From the IMG/VR virus record IMGVR_UViG_3300042337_000526, positions 32,001 to 96,000 of that record: 64,000 nucleotides of DNA; one strand, written 5' to 3'. The notes beneath the pieces were generated by a model. It saw only the letters and a program-made list of their open reading frames with translations, was not told the DNA's origin and ran no database searches. The position numbers were made by a program, and so were the translations under genes. Shown piece after piece: positions 47,278-57,254 of the stretch (position 1 is its first letter; every line of letters starts with the position of its first letter). This stretch comes from a virus.

Positions 47278-47931
47278 ATGTCAATCAGCTTATGCATAAC
47301 ATCTTATAGTCAAGACTACTCTTTAGTTTATGGTCTATTAGAAGAATTTAAGAAACAAATATTACCACCATCAGAAATAATTTTCTATTGCAGTGATGTC
47401 ATAAGTGTTGAAATGCCAAAGTTTTTATCAATAAAATCATGCAATATTCCTATACATACAATATATAGCTCTAAAAGAACCAATCAAGCCACCGCTAGAA
47501 ATATATCTGCTAAAATATCAAGTTCTGAATATGTAATGTTTTTTGATGTCGATGATATTCCGCATCCTATGAAAATAAAGATTACAACAGATATTTTAAA
47601 TAAAACACAAGCAGATTTTATGCTTCATAATTATCATGAAATTAATGAATCATCTAATATATTTGAGCAGATACCACTTGATGTTGATTTATACCCTTTA
47701 AATGAAATAGATAAAAATTCTACTAATGTGGTATGCGGAGATCACTACATCCATCATGCCCATATCTCTGTGAAAAGATCAATATTTGAAAAAATAAACT
47801 TTAATGAATCTATGGAATACTACAGAAGAGAGGATGGTAAATTTTGTCAAGACTTAATAATAAATGGATATTCTGGAGTTTATTGTCCTATAAAACTTGT
47901 CAATTATACTCCGTCATATCTTAGAAAATAA
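47278..47931 (+). CDS. GT2 family glycosyltransferase
   Basis: ARNISA, MFFDVDD and REDGKF. Confidence 0.75.
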   Translation: MSISLCITSYSQDYSLVYGLLEEFKKQILPPSEIIFYCSDVISVEMPKFLSIKSCNIPIHTIYSSKRTNQATARNISAKISSSEYVMFFDVDDIPHPMKIKITTDILNKTQADFMLHNYHEINESSNIFEQIPLDVDLYPLNEIDKNSTNVVCGDHYIHHAHISVKRSIFEKINFNESMEYYRREDGKFCQDLIINGYSGVYCPIKLVNYTPSYLRK

Positions 47932-47934
47932 ATC

Positions 47935-48615
47935 ATGAGTAATATTACAATATATCATCACTTGGGTCTTGGCGACCATATTGCTTGCAATGGATTAGTA
48001 AGACACTTCGCCGAGTCTGCACCAGTAAAGCTAATATGCTATAAGAAAAATATACGTAATGTATCTTATATGTATAGAGATAATTCTATGATTGACTTTA
48101 TTGGCGTTGATAGCGATGGTGAAGCCAGTGGAATAGTCGCATTTCATACCAATGTTAAAAGATTAGGATTTATATTCAATCCGTCGTATGCTAATATGAT
48201 GTCTTATGACAGGGCTTTTTATGCTATGGCAAATATAGATTTTAATATTAGATTCAACAAATTTTTTCTTCAAAGAGATCAAGAGACAGAAGATAAAGTC
48301 TATAAGGCTTTAAATCCAAATAGTGATCCATATATTTATGTGCATGATGATAAAACATTAAATTATGTAATTGATAACAAAAAACATAGAAATGATCTTA
48401 AAGTAATTTATAATGATATGAATTATGGTATGTTTGAGATGGGAAAAATTATGGAAAATGCAACAGAAATACATACTATGCAAACAGGATTCCTCGATTT
48501 ATGTCATAGCATGGACATAAAGTGTCCTATATACATACATCTCTATGTTAGAAATTATCCTCAAAGCCATTTTTCAGTTTGTAGAGATTCAAATAATTAT
48601 ATTCTAGTTTATTAA
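47935..48615 (+). CDS. Putative glycosyltransferase (GT-B-like, LGLGD)
   Basis: HHLGLGDH at the N-terminus; genomic context. Confidence 0.5.
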   Translation: MSNITIYHHLGLGDHIACNGLVRHFAESAPVKLICYKKNIRNVSYMYRDNSMIDFIGVDSDGEASGIVAFHTNVKRLGFIFNPSYANMMSYDRAFYAMANIDFNIRFNKFFLQRDQETEDKVYKALNPNSDPYIYVHDDKTLNYVIDNKKHRNDLKVIYNDMNYGMFEMGKIMENATEIHTMQTGFLDLCHSMDIKCPIYIHLYVRNYPQSHFSVCRDSNNYILVY

Positions 48616-48642
48616 ATATTAATCATAAATAAGGATTTAACA

Positions 48643-48993
48643 ATGGAAACTATTGATAGTTTTATAAAAAATAAAGTTCAAGAAGTACTTTCTCAGAATG
48701 ATGGTTCGGAACTTCCTGACACCACAGATTTTATAGCCACAGACAATCTAGGAGAGGTTATAGAAAAATTAATAATACTTCATATTAGAATGTGGATGAT
48801 AGAAGATTCAATGGAGGCGGTATATGAAGATGATATTAAGATTGCTGATTTAAAAAGAAAACTCGATATTTGCTTTAAACAAAAAAGACCCAAATTTGTT
48901 CAAGCTATAAATAGATTAGTAGAATCATCAATTAAACATGAAAAATCACTTATTGAAGATAGTGTAAAAATATATAAAGGTTTTGAGGAATAA
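48643..48993 (+). CDS. Hypothetical helical protein
   Basis: AAGGA RBS; LGEVIEKLIILHIRMWMIED. Confidence 0.7.
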   Translation: METIDSFIKNKVQEVLSQNDGSELPDTTDFIATDNLGEVIEKLIILHIRMWMIEDSMEAVYEDDIKIADLKRKLDICFKQKRPKFVQAINRLVESSIKHEKSLIEDSVKIYKGFEE

Positions 48994-48995
48994 TA

Positions 48996-49736
48996 ATGCC
49001 TGATAAAAAATATAAATGTTCATCTTTCTGCTCACTATACAAAGGACAAAAATTTATTCAAGGCTATGTGGAGGATATGCTCAAGCAATCAGTATTTACT
49101 GATATTGAATTCGTTTTTTTGGATTGTAATTCGCCAGAGAATGAAAAAGATATTATAGAACCATTAGCTCAAAAATATGAAAATATTAAATATTTTAAAT
49201 TAGACTCTGATCCTGGTCTATATCCGGCTTGGAATATCGCTATTAAAAAATGTTCTGCTGATATAATTGGGAATTGGAATATTGATGATAGAAAAAATGC
49301 TAATAGTTTTGAGATATTATTAAAAGCTTTTGAAAGAGACCCTGGGCTAGATTTAGTATACGGAATTACTTATGTTTCAACAGAAGCTAATGAAAAATAT
49401 GAAAATAATAATTATCAACATATATATCCGTGCTTACCTCATTCTTTAAATAATCTACTGGTAAATAACAGTCCACACTGTATGCCGTTATGGAAAAAGA
49501 GTTTGCACGATAGATTTGGTTTCTTTGACGAATCATACAAAACGGCATCAGATGGAGATATGTGGTTGCGTTCTTGCGTCGGAGGTGCTAAGATATCTAT
49601 GGTCAACCATCCGGTTGGCTTGTACTACCACAACCCACAAGGTCGATCAACCGATCCTAAAACTATTGTGGAAATGGTTGCGGAAGTTCAAACTATGAGA
49701 CAAAAATATAAAGAGTATTTGAGTACCAATGAATAA
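48996..49736 (+). CDS. GT2 family glycosyltransferase
   Basis: FLDCNSPEN, GLYPAWN, NWNIDD and ASDGDMWLR. Confidence 0.8.
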   Translation: MPDKKYKCSSFCSLYKGQKFIQGYVEDMLKQSVFTDIEFVFLDCNSPENEKDIIEPLAQKYENIKYFKLDSDPGLYPAWNIAIKKCSADIIGNWNIDDRKNANSFEILLKAFERDPGLDLVYGITYVSTEANEKYENNNYQHIYPCLPHSLNNLLVNNSPHCMPLWKKSLHDRFGFFDESYKTASDGDMWLRSCVGGAKISMVNHPVGLYYHNPQGRSTDPKTIVEMVAEVQTMRQKYKEYLSTNE

Positions 49737-49833
49737 TTTTATCCTATTGTGTTTATCTATTTCTTTGATTCTAGGTATTTTATCAGGAATAAGAGATATG
49801 ATGAAGTCTTCAAGAAGTTTTTTTTAGAGAATA

Positions 49834-50364
49834 ATGAATAGATTAAAAAATCAAAGAGTGTATCTGGCCGGTGCTATGGACAGAGTAAAGGATAGAGGTA
49901 GCACATGGAGAGATAATATAACTCCATTCCTTGAGTCTCTCGGAGTAATAGTTTTCAACCCTCTGAATAAGCCCAGTAATATTGGGATGGAAGATACAGA
50001 GGTTCATTTAGTTAAGAAAAAACTAAAAGAACGAGAGAATTATGACGAATTATCCAGCATGATGAAAACGATTCGTGGAGTTGATCTTAGACTAGTTGAT
50101 ATTAGCGATTTTTTAATTGTTAATCTGGATATAGATACCCATCCTTGTGGCACTCTTGAAGAGATTTTCTGGGCAAATAGGCAGAAAAAACCTATTATAA
50201 TACATATGGAACAAGGGAAAAGTAATACTCCAGATTGGTTATTTGGCACAATACCTCACCAGATGATTTTTTCCACATGGGACGAAGTAAAAGAATATCT
50301 TTTACATATAAATAATACTGCAAATATAGAATCATATAAAAGATGGTATTTCTTTTCTATTTAA
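49834..50364 (+). CDS. Nucleoside 2-deoxyribosyltransferase-like protein
   Basis: VYLAGAMD, VFNP, DLRLVDISD and GTLEEIFWA. Confidence 0.75.
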   Translation: MNRLKNQRVYLAGAMDRVKDRGSTWRDNITPFLESLGVIVFNPLNKPSNIGMEDTEVHLVKKKLKERENYDELSSMMKTIRGVDLRLVDISDFLIVNLDIDTHPCGTLEEIFWANRQKKPIIIHMEQGKSNTPDWLFGTIPHQMIFSTWDEVKEYLLHINNTANIESYKRWYFFSI

Positions 50365-50379
50365 TGAGCTGCTAATGCT

Positions 50380-50583
50380 ATGCCTAAATACTATGTTAAG
50401 TCTGGACAGATTAGATTTATAGTAGACTGTACAGATCATTTATGTGCGATATTAGCAGCACTTACTCATTACAAAGGCAAAGGAATAGTTACGGGACCAA
50501 AAATATGTGTTGGTGAACAGGGATTTGAAGATTTTAAAAAATGGAAATGTTACGATACAGATAAGTATCTAAAAGGAATATAA
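50380..50583 (+). CDS. Hypothetical protein
   Basis: 67-aa ORF with a TAATG overlap with guaC. Confidence 0.6.
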   Translation: MPKYYVKSGQIRFIVDCTDHLCAILAALTHYKGKGIVTGPKICVGEQGFEDFKKWKCYDTDKYLKGI

Positions 50584-51710
50584 TGCAAAAAATTATAAAT
50601 GAAATCAAGTTGGACTTTGATGATGTCCTTATTCGCCCAAAAAGATCAACATTAAATAGTCGATCAGAGGTTTGTATCCAGCGAGAATTTAAATTTAAGT
50701 ATTCTCCACGAAAATTATTAGCTGTGCCTATTATGGTAGCTAATATGGATACTGTTGGCACATTTAAAATGGCGGAATCCTTAACAAAAAATCAAACCAT
50801 AGTATGTTTACATAAGCATTATAAAATTAATGAATACGTTGCTTTTTATACTGATCCTAGTATTGTAAATAAAAATCTTGCATTTTATTCAATCGGCACA
50901 AGCCAGACAGATCTGGAAAAATTAACTGAAGTATTCAATCAAATTAAAAAATATAACTATCCTACTCCTAATATCTGTTTAGATGTAGCAAATGGATATA
51001 CAGAACAGTTTGTTAAAGCTGCTCGTAAAATAAGAAATTTATATCCAGAATCAGTTATAATGGCCGGAAATGTAGTAACTCCTGAAATGACAGAAGAATT
51101 AATTATTCATGGTCAGGTTGATATAGTCAAGGTTGGTATAGGATCAGGTAGTGTTTGTACCACTCGTTTAAAAACTGGCGTAGGATATCCTCAATTGAGT
51201 GCTGTGATGGAATGTACGGATGCTGCCCACGGCCTTGGTGGACACGTTTGTTCAGACGGCGGGTGCAAAGTGGTTGGAGATATTTGCAAAGCGTTTGGTG
51301 CTAATAGCGATTTTGTAATGCTAGGAAGCATATTCGCAGGCACAGACGAATGTGAAGGAGAATGGAAATACGAATATTTAGTAGAAGCAGGATCATCTGC
51401 TCCTGGGTTTTGGCAATCTATAGATCCAGAAAACAATAATATAAAAAGAAAAGTATCTTTACAATATTATGGAATGAGTAGTTCGGAAGCGATGGATAAG
51501 CACCATAATGGAGTTGCTGACTACAGAACAGCAGAGGGTAAGTGCGTTACTGTTCCATATAAAGGTATGGCAGAAGAAATTGTTCAAGATATTTATGGCG
51601 GAATACGAAGTGCTTGTACCTATATAGGCGCTAGTAAAATAAAAGATTTTGGTAAAAAAACAACATTTATACAAGTTAACAATACTCATAATAAGATATA
51701 CGAAAAATGA
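50583..51710 (+). CDS. guaC: GMP reductase
   Basis: LDFDDVLIRPKRS, ANMDTVG, LDVANGY, KVGIGSGSVCTTR (catalytic Cys), YYGMSS and EGK. Confidence 0.92.
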   Translation: MQKIINEIKLDFDDVLIRPKRSTLNSRSEVCIQREFKFKYSPRKLLAVPIMVANMDTVGTFKMAESLTKNQTIVCLHKHYKINEYVAFYTDPSIVNKNLAFYSIGTSQTDLEKLTEVFNQIKKYNYPTPNICLDVANGYTEQFVKAARKIRNLYPESVIMAGNVVTPEMTEELIIHGQVDIVKVGIGSGSVCTTRLKTGVGYPQLSAVMECTDAAHGLGGHVCSDGGCKVVGDICKAFGANSDFVMLGSIFAGTDECEGEWKYEYLVEAGSSAPGFWQSIDPENNNIKRKVSLQYYGMSSSEAMDKHHNGVADYRTAEGKCVTVPYKGMAEEIVQDIYGGIRSACTYIGASKIKDFGKKTTFIQVNNTHNKIYEK

Positions 51711-52765
51711 AAATAAATTATTCAAGTCCAATTAATAATACTGGCTATGGCTTAGCATCAATCAATATTTTACGAGAACTAGCACAAATAGCAGACGTAA
51801 CTTATTACCCTATAGGTCAGCCATCTGTTAATAATCAAAATGATCATGATCTAATAATGTCCTTATTAAGAAAAAGGATGGAAGTTGATATTAATGCTAT
51901 TAACTTTAAGATATGGCATCAGTTCGATTTGCTAGAACATATTGGACGAGGTAAATATATTGCTTACCCATTTTTTGAGTTAGACACATTTAATGACTAT
52001 GAAAAAAATAATTTAAAAGTCCCAGACAGCATATGTGTCAGCAGTAAATGGGGTCAGGAAGTTTTATTAAAGAATGGTATAGATTCTGAATCATTCGTCG
52101 TTCCACTGGGTGTTAATAGAAATATTTTTAATAATACCATCAAAAGAACTAGATCAGATGACAAATATGTTTTTCTAAATATAGGGAAATGGGAAGTTCG
52201 TAAAGGACACGATATTCTATTTTCTTTATTCAATGAGGCTTTTCCAGATCAAAAGGATGTTGAGCTATGGATATTAGCATCAGAAAAAACTAATTCATAT
52301 TCATCTCCTGATGAGTTAAAACAATGGAAAAATATGTATGGTTCAGATAGAATAAAATTATTTAACGGATTTGATACTCAAGAAGAAATAGCTCAATTAA
52401 TAGCAGATGCTGATTGTGGATTATATCCATCAAGAGCAGAAGGATGGAATTTGGAACTATTAGAAACCATGAGCATGGGAAAGCCCACCATAGCAACCAA
52501 CTATTCTGCACACACAGAATTCTGCACATCAGATAACTGTTATTTGGTCAATATTGACGAGACAGAAAAAGCTTTTGATGGAAAAGCATTTCAAGGCCAA
52601 GGGAATTGGGCCAAACTGGGAAAGAACCAGATAGAAAATATTATTGAGCATATGAGGTATGTTTATAAGAACAGAATAATGGCTAATCCATATGGAATAG
52701 AAACGGCCAAAAAGTATTCTTGGGAGAATGCTGCTCAACAACTTGTGAGGTGTATTTCTAAGTAG
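51707..52765 (+). CDS. GT4 family glycosyltransferase
   Basis: TGYG, IGKWEVRKGHD and YPSRAEGWNLELLE. Confidence 0.85.
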   Translation: MKINYSSPINNTGYGLASINILRELAQIADVTYYPIGQPSVNNQNDHDLIMSLLRKRMEVDINAINFKIWHQFDLLEHIGRGKYIAYPFFELDTFNDYEKNNLKVPDSICVSSKWGQEVLLKNGIDSESFVVPLGVNRNIFNNTIKRTRSDDKYVFLNIGKWEVRKGHDILFSLFNEAFPDQKDVELWILASEKTNSYSSPDELKQWKNMYGSDRIKLFNGFDTQEEIAQLIADADCGLYPSRAEGWNLELLETMSMGKPTIATNYSAHTEFCTSDNCYLVNIDETEKAFDGKAFQGQGNWAKLGKNQIENIIEHMRYVYKNRIMANPYGIETAKKYSWENAAQQLVRCISK

Positions 52766-52775
52766 GAGATACTAT

Positions 52776-53288
52776 ATGCCAATACCATCTAAAAAAGAAA
52801 ATGAAGATAAGCAAAAGTTTGTAGCTCGTTGCATGGGTGATGAGACTATGAAAAAGGACTATCCTGACAGTAAGCAACGTGTTGCTATCTGCATAGGACA
52901 AAGCAAAAAAAATAAATCATCATTAATAGAAGATGTTCATGATGAACTATTAGCCAATAATTGCACATGGGATGACGAATGGAATGAGTTTGTCTGGGAA
53001 GTAGAAGCAACAGAAATTTTTGACGAAGACGGCAAGATTATTGCCGCTGAAAAAAATGGACGCAAAGTAACTTTGAACAAACCCTTTAGAACACCCGATG
53101 GGCCTAAAAAGTTTAGTGTCTATGTAAAGAACGGAAGCGGTAATGTTGTTAAGGTTAATTTTGGCGATCCCAATATGAAAATTAAAAAATATATTCCCGA
53201 AAGACGCAAGAGCTTTAGGGCTCGTCATAACTGTGATAATCCTGGTCCCAAGTGGAAAAGTCGATATTGGAGTTGCAAGGCATGGTGA
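52776..53288 (+). CDS. Conserved hypothetical phage protein
   Basis: GGAG RBS; MPIP...FVARCM N-terminus and a C-terminal VNFGDPNM...RKSFRARHNC...YWSCKAW. Confidence 0.75.
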   Translation: MPIPSKKENEDKQKFVARCMGDETMKKDYPDSKQRVAICIGQSKKNKSSLIEDVHDELLANNCTWDDEWNEFVWEVEATEIFDEDGKIIAAEKNGRKVTLNKPFRTPDGPKKFSVYVKNGSGNVVKVNFGDPNMKIKKYIPERRKSFRARHNCDNPGPKWKSRYWSCKAW

Positions 53289-53289
53289 T

Positions 53290-53778
53290 ATGAGAAAATG
53301 CAGAAAATGTAAAATAACTTTAGTTTTAGAATCCAAAAAATATTGTGAGAAATGTAAACTAAAAAAGAAGACTTGTCCATGTGGTATGGTTTTTAAGTCA
53401 AATAAATGGGATTTTTGTAAAAAATGTAGAGGCTCACAAGGAAAAACAGGAAATTGTTATGGATGTGAACAGAACAAAAAACTATATTGGTCAACAGGCT
53501 TATGTCAAGGGTGCTATAAATATACCATAAAATATAATCTTGATAAAGATACTGTTAAACGACTTAGTTCTATTAAATTTTGTCAAATATGTGGAATTAC
53601 ATTACATCATAAACCAGGAAATTCGAATGATAGGGCTGTAATTGATCATTGTCATAAAACAGGTATAGTTAGAGGTATACTATGTAATAGGTGTAATATA
53701 ATAGAAGGAATGATACGAGACGAACAACATTTAGAACAATTTTATATCAACTATAAAAAATGGATTTTAAAATCATGA
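53290..53778 (+). mobile_element. Endonuclease VII-type (His-Me finger) homing endonuclease
   Basis: CQICG...VIDHCHKTGIVRGILCNRCN, with N-terminal CxxC repeats. It abuts or overlaps both neighbours. Confidence 0.8.
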
Positions 53779-54368
53779 AAAGTATTGAAGAACTAATCAA
53801 AAATCAAGAGGTAATAATGGACAGCCAATCAGAAGAAACTCTATCGCCAAATGAAGAAGCAACTCTTCCAGAAGCTGAAATACAAGCACAAGAAGTTCCC
53901 GGCTATACTTCTGATAGTGTTATTGAATTACTAAAAAAATCACTCAACATTCACTGGCAACAAACAACCAGCCTTTCTGCCCAAGCGGTACATTTAGAGC
54001 GTTGGGGATATAAAAAACTAGCTGATATAATTAGACAAGATGCAGAAGAAGAACATCAGCACTCTATGATTAATCTAAAAAGATTAGAATTTTTTGATAC
54101 TGACTATCAGCCATTAATGATAAACCCACCGGTCTGGAAAAGACACGATATGTTAGCAATGATTCAGTATAATCTTAATTCTGTTAGAGAAGCCTCTGTT
54201 ACTGAAAGAGCAACAATAGTTGCTGCCAGAGCGGTGGGCGATGAAATAACTGCAAATATGATGATACCACTACTACAAGGTAGCGAAAATGGTATTGAAT
54301 TATATGAAGGATATTTAAAGCTTATCGAACAGATGGGTCTGGACAATTTCCTAAGTATCCAGGTCTAA
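53775..54368 (+). CDS. Bacterioferritin-like four-helix-bundle protein
   Basis: HLERWGYKKLA...EEEHQH...LKRLEFF mirrors Bfr (NWGLKRL...DEMKH...ERILFL). Confidence 0.75.
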   Translation: MKSIEELIKNQEVIMDSQSEETLSPNEEATLPEAEIQAQEVPGYTSDSVIELLKKSLNIHWQQTTSLSAQAVHLERWGYKKLADIIRQDAEEEHQHSMINLKRLEFFDTDYQPLMINPPVWKRHDMLAMIQYNLNSVREASVTERATIVAARAVGDEITANMMIPLLQGSENGIELYEGYLKLIEQMGLDNFLSIQV

Positions 54369-54372
54369 ATAA

Positions 54373-55029
54373 ATGACAAGGAATAAATTACTATCTGAAT
54401 TTAGTTCAGTAATACCTTCTATCAACATAGATAATATTAAGTATACAGCCAAGACAGTAGAAGATCAAAAGGTTTCAAAACTTATTGATTTTGACTATAA
54501 GTCTATTCTTGATAATCCTCCTATAAATAGTAGTGGTTCTACACTAAAAGAATTAATTTACATATCTAAGATTACCAATAATAGAGACAATAAAGATATC
54601 GAATTTCTCAATAAAATAGACAAAAATCCGGCATCTTTGGTTATAGACTTTTGTAAAAATAAAAAAATTACTTTTCCACAAAAGGATTTTGATAACCTAT
54701 ATGATATTATTAAACCTCTTATTCTTAATGTCAAATACTATTTTAATAGAGCAAGACCCTATCAATTGGCCAAATTATACGGATTAACAATTGACGTTAT
54801 TGAAACAGATACTCATCAAACTCCATCCTACCCATCTGGACACACGGTGTATGCTAGACTAGCAGGCAATCTTGTAACAATTTCTCATCCAGAGTTCAAA
54901 TACGAATTGGATCAAATTGTGAACAGGAGCGCTTATGCTAGGGTTTTGCAAGGCGTTCATTATCCCTCAGACAATACGGCTTCAATTATTTTTACTGATT
55001 TTATTTTTCACAAACTATATAAGAGATAA
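54373..55029 (+). CDS. PAP2/vanadium-haloperoxidase-like phosphatase
   Basis: KYYFNRARP, SYPSGH and ARVLQGVHYPSD. Confidence 0.85.
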   Translation: MTRNKLLSEFSSVIPSINIDNIKYTAKTVEDQKVSKLIDFDYKSILDNPPINSSGSTLKELIYISKITNNRDNKDIEFLNKIDKNPASLVIDFCKNKKITFPQKDFDNLYDIIKPLILNVKYYFNRARPYQLAKLYGLTIDVIETDTHQTPSYPSGHTVYARLAGNLVTISHPEFKYELDQIVNRSAYARVLQGVHYPSDNTASIIFTDFIFHKLYKR

Positions 55030-55034
55030 TAATT

Positions 55035-55895
55035 ATGGACAGAATTTACGATCTATTAAATAATGTAGAAAAGCTTATTAAAAAAACCGAAGGAACAATG
55101 CTACCTGTTCCAACCGTAGAAGTTCAACCAGAGGTTGATCCAAACTCTAAGCCACCAATTAAACCAGAATTAGTAGATACAGACACTAATGAGGATTCTC
55201 TTAATTCTCAAAGAGAAAAAATTAATCAACTAAAAATCAAAAATCCAAACGAACAAGTTTCCTTACCAAATGGAGATAGTTCAGTCGCTGGTTGTAAGCT
55301 AATGGCTGGAGATAAAATTAAAAATACTAATCCTGCTTGTATGGAATATGGTAGTGAAGGCATTGTTGAAACCATAGAAGAGATGCCAGAAAATATAGGA
55401 TATGTTATTGGTTATCGAACCACGAATTCTGGACCATCGTGGACAGTAGATCAATATTTGAGAAAAACGGAGGATCAATTAAGTCTAATAGATTCTCTCG
55501 ATGATTATGGGCTGGCCGAAGAAGAAATGGAATCGCCAGAAGAAGAATTAAATGAATATAAAGAAGATTTTTTTGAAATGAGTGTTGGCTCACTTAGAGC
55601 AATAGCCACACATGCTCAAGAAATAATGAATTCTTTGGACAATCCATCCGTAAAAGAAAACTTGACAGAGAGCTGGTTGCAGGGTAAGATCGCCATAACT
55701 GAGGACTACATGAGAACAATTCATGATTTTGTCATGTATGTCTCAGACTCTGACGATACTATATCTGCTGCTGACAAGCAAGGTCTTTGGGATAACATAC
55801 GAAAAAAGAAAGAGAGAGAAGGAAAGAAGTATAGACCAGCAAAGCCAGGAGACAAAGATAGGCCAGATCCAAAACAATGGAAAAAGCTGACGTAG
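55035..55895 (+). CDS. Multi-module hypothetical phage protein
   Basis: 286 aa with an acidic linker and a basic C-terminal GLWDNIRKKKER module. Confidence 0.7.
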   Translation: MDRIYDLLNNVEKLIKKTEGTMLPVPTVEVQPEVDPNSKPPIKPELVDTDTNEDSLNSQREKINQLKIKNPNEQVSLPNGDSSVAGCKLMAGDKIKNTNPACMEYGSEGIVETIEEMPENIGYVIGYRTTNSGPSWTVDQYLRKTEDQLSLIDSLDDYGLAEEEMESPEEELNEYKEDFFEMSVGSLRAIATHAQEIMNSLDNPSVKENLTESWLQGKIAITEDYMRTIHDFVMYVSDSDDTISAADKQGLWDNIRKKKEREGKKYRPAKPGDKDRPDPKQWKKLT

Positions 55896-55947
55896 TACGA
55901 AGTTAATAGGACTAACTGCTTAATTTATAAACTCAATAAAGGACATC

Positions 55948-56550
55948 TTGATCATGGAAAGACAGTATGACAGTCTGGATACGTATATTAATTTAGCTAA
56001 AAAAACTATATCAAAATTTGGCCCTAAATTTTATAATGGTTTATCTGCTGAGATGCTAAAAAATAGTGATGCAATATCTGATGTTGCAACTGCTATAATG
56101 TATGCTGATTGGCGATTTGACCCAACAAGAACAGGAAAAGAAGGACAAAAGAAAACTCTATATTCTTATAGAAATCAGTGTGCTATTTGGGCGATAAAAA
56201 CCTATATTACTAACAAATATAAAAAACAAAACGATAATTATGATACTATTAGTTTAAACTTCAATAGTGAAGATGCTTCTGAGATATCATCAACAATTCA
56301 GGATAAAAAGTGCTTAAGTCCTGTGGATATTCTGATCGATAGAGAAGAATCAGAAAATATAACTAGTTATATTAATGTTCTATTAAGTAGTGATATTTTA
56401 TCATCTAAGCAAAAAGAACAAATTAGAATGTATTATTTAGACAATCTAACCCTATCTGCTATAGGTAAAAAATTTGGAGTGTCCAGAGAAGCCATTCGTC
56501 AGAATATAAAAAGAGCTATAGAGATTATAAAATCTTATGATAAGTGTTAA
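55948..56550 (+). CDS. Phage sigma70-family sigma factor
   Basis: Region 2-like YSYRNQCAIWAIKTYI and region 4 HTH LTLSAIGKKFGVSREAIRQNIKRA. Confidence 0.85.
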   Translation: MIMERQYDSLDTYINLAKKTISKFGPKFYNGLSAEMLKNSDAISDVATAIMYADWRFDPTRTGKEGQKKTLYSYRNQCAIWAIKTYITNKYKKQNDNYDTISLNFNSEDASEISSTIQDKKCLSPVDILIDREESENITSYINVLLSSDILSSKQKEQIRMYYLDNLTLSAIGKKFGVSREAIRQNIKRAIEIIKSYDKC

Positions 56551-56881
56551 ATTAAATATAATACCAATATTTTTTGATCATAAAGAAATCAAATCTAAAA
56601 TATTAACTTCTAAAGACTCAAAATTTCCCCAAATAATTGTTGAACCCTCTTTGGATATAAATGCAGCACTAAACCATATTATTTCTTTGTATATAGATTC
56701 AGAAATTAAATTAAATAATTTCAAATTAACGGATGTTGTTATTACAGAAGATCAGTTAGACATATACTATATTCTATTCATCAACTATGAAACTAATTTA
56801 AAAAATAATGCTATATTACTAAATATAGAAGAAAAATTAGACATACCAAATAATGCTAAAAAAATTATTGAACTACTTTAA
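56537..56881 (+). CDS. Hypothetical protein
   Basis: Overlapping operon ORF. Confidence 0.6.
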   Translation: MISVKLNIIPIFFDHKEIKSKILTSKDSKFPQIIVEPSLDINAALNHIISLYIDSEIKLNNFKLTDVVITEDQLDIYYILFINYETNLKNNAILLNIEEKLDIPNNAKKIIELL

Positions 56882-57254
56882 GAGCTTATTCAAATGGCCT
56901 TCTTCAAAACAAAGAGAGCCAGATAATGTTTGTTCTATTAAAATAGACATGCGTTCTGATTTAGACATAGATGTTAAATTGTATTATGATCCGTCTATAG
57001 TTAATATTAGCAACGTTATTGGTACCGCAGAAAAATATGCAGAATTATTAGTCTATATTAGTACTAATGCGTTTAAAAAAAGACTTGGTGAGATTTTAGA
57101 AGAAAAAATAAAATTAAGCACTAATATTAATGAACAATTATTATTAGACAATATTATATCATTTCAAGATTTGATCAAAAAAGAAATACAAAACGCATCG
57201 GCCGTTAATTATACTCCAATAATTAGACCAATATCTGTGTTTAATCCCCGATAA
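56853..57254 (+). CDS. Hypothetical protein
   Basis: Overlapping operon ORF. Confidence 0.6.
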   Translation: MLKKLLNYFKSLFKWPSSKQREPDNVCSIKIDMRSDLDIDVKLYYDPSIVNISNVIGTAEKYAELLVYISTNAFKKRLGEILEEKIKLSTNINEQLLLDNIISFQDLIKKEIQNASAVNYTPIIRPISVFNPR

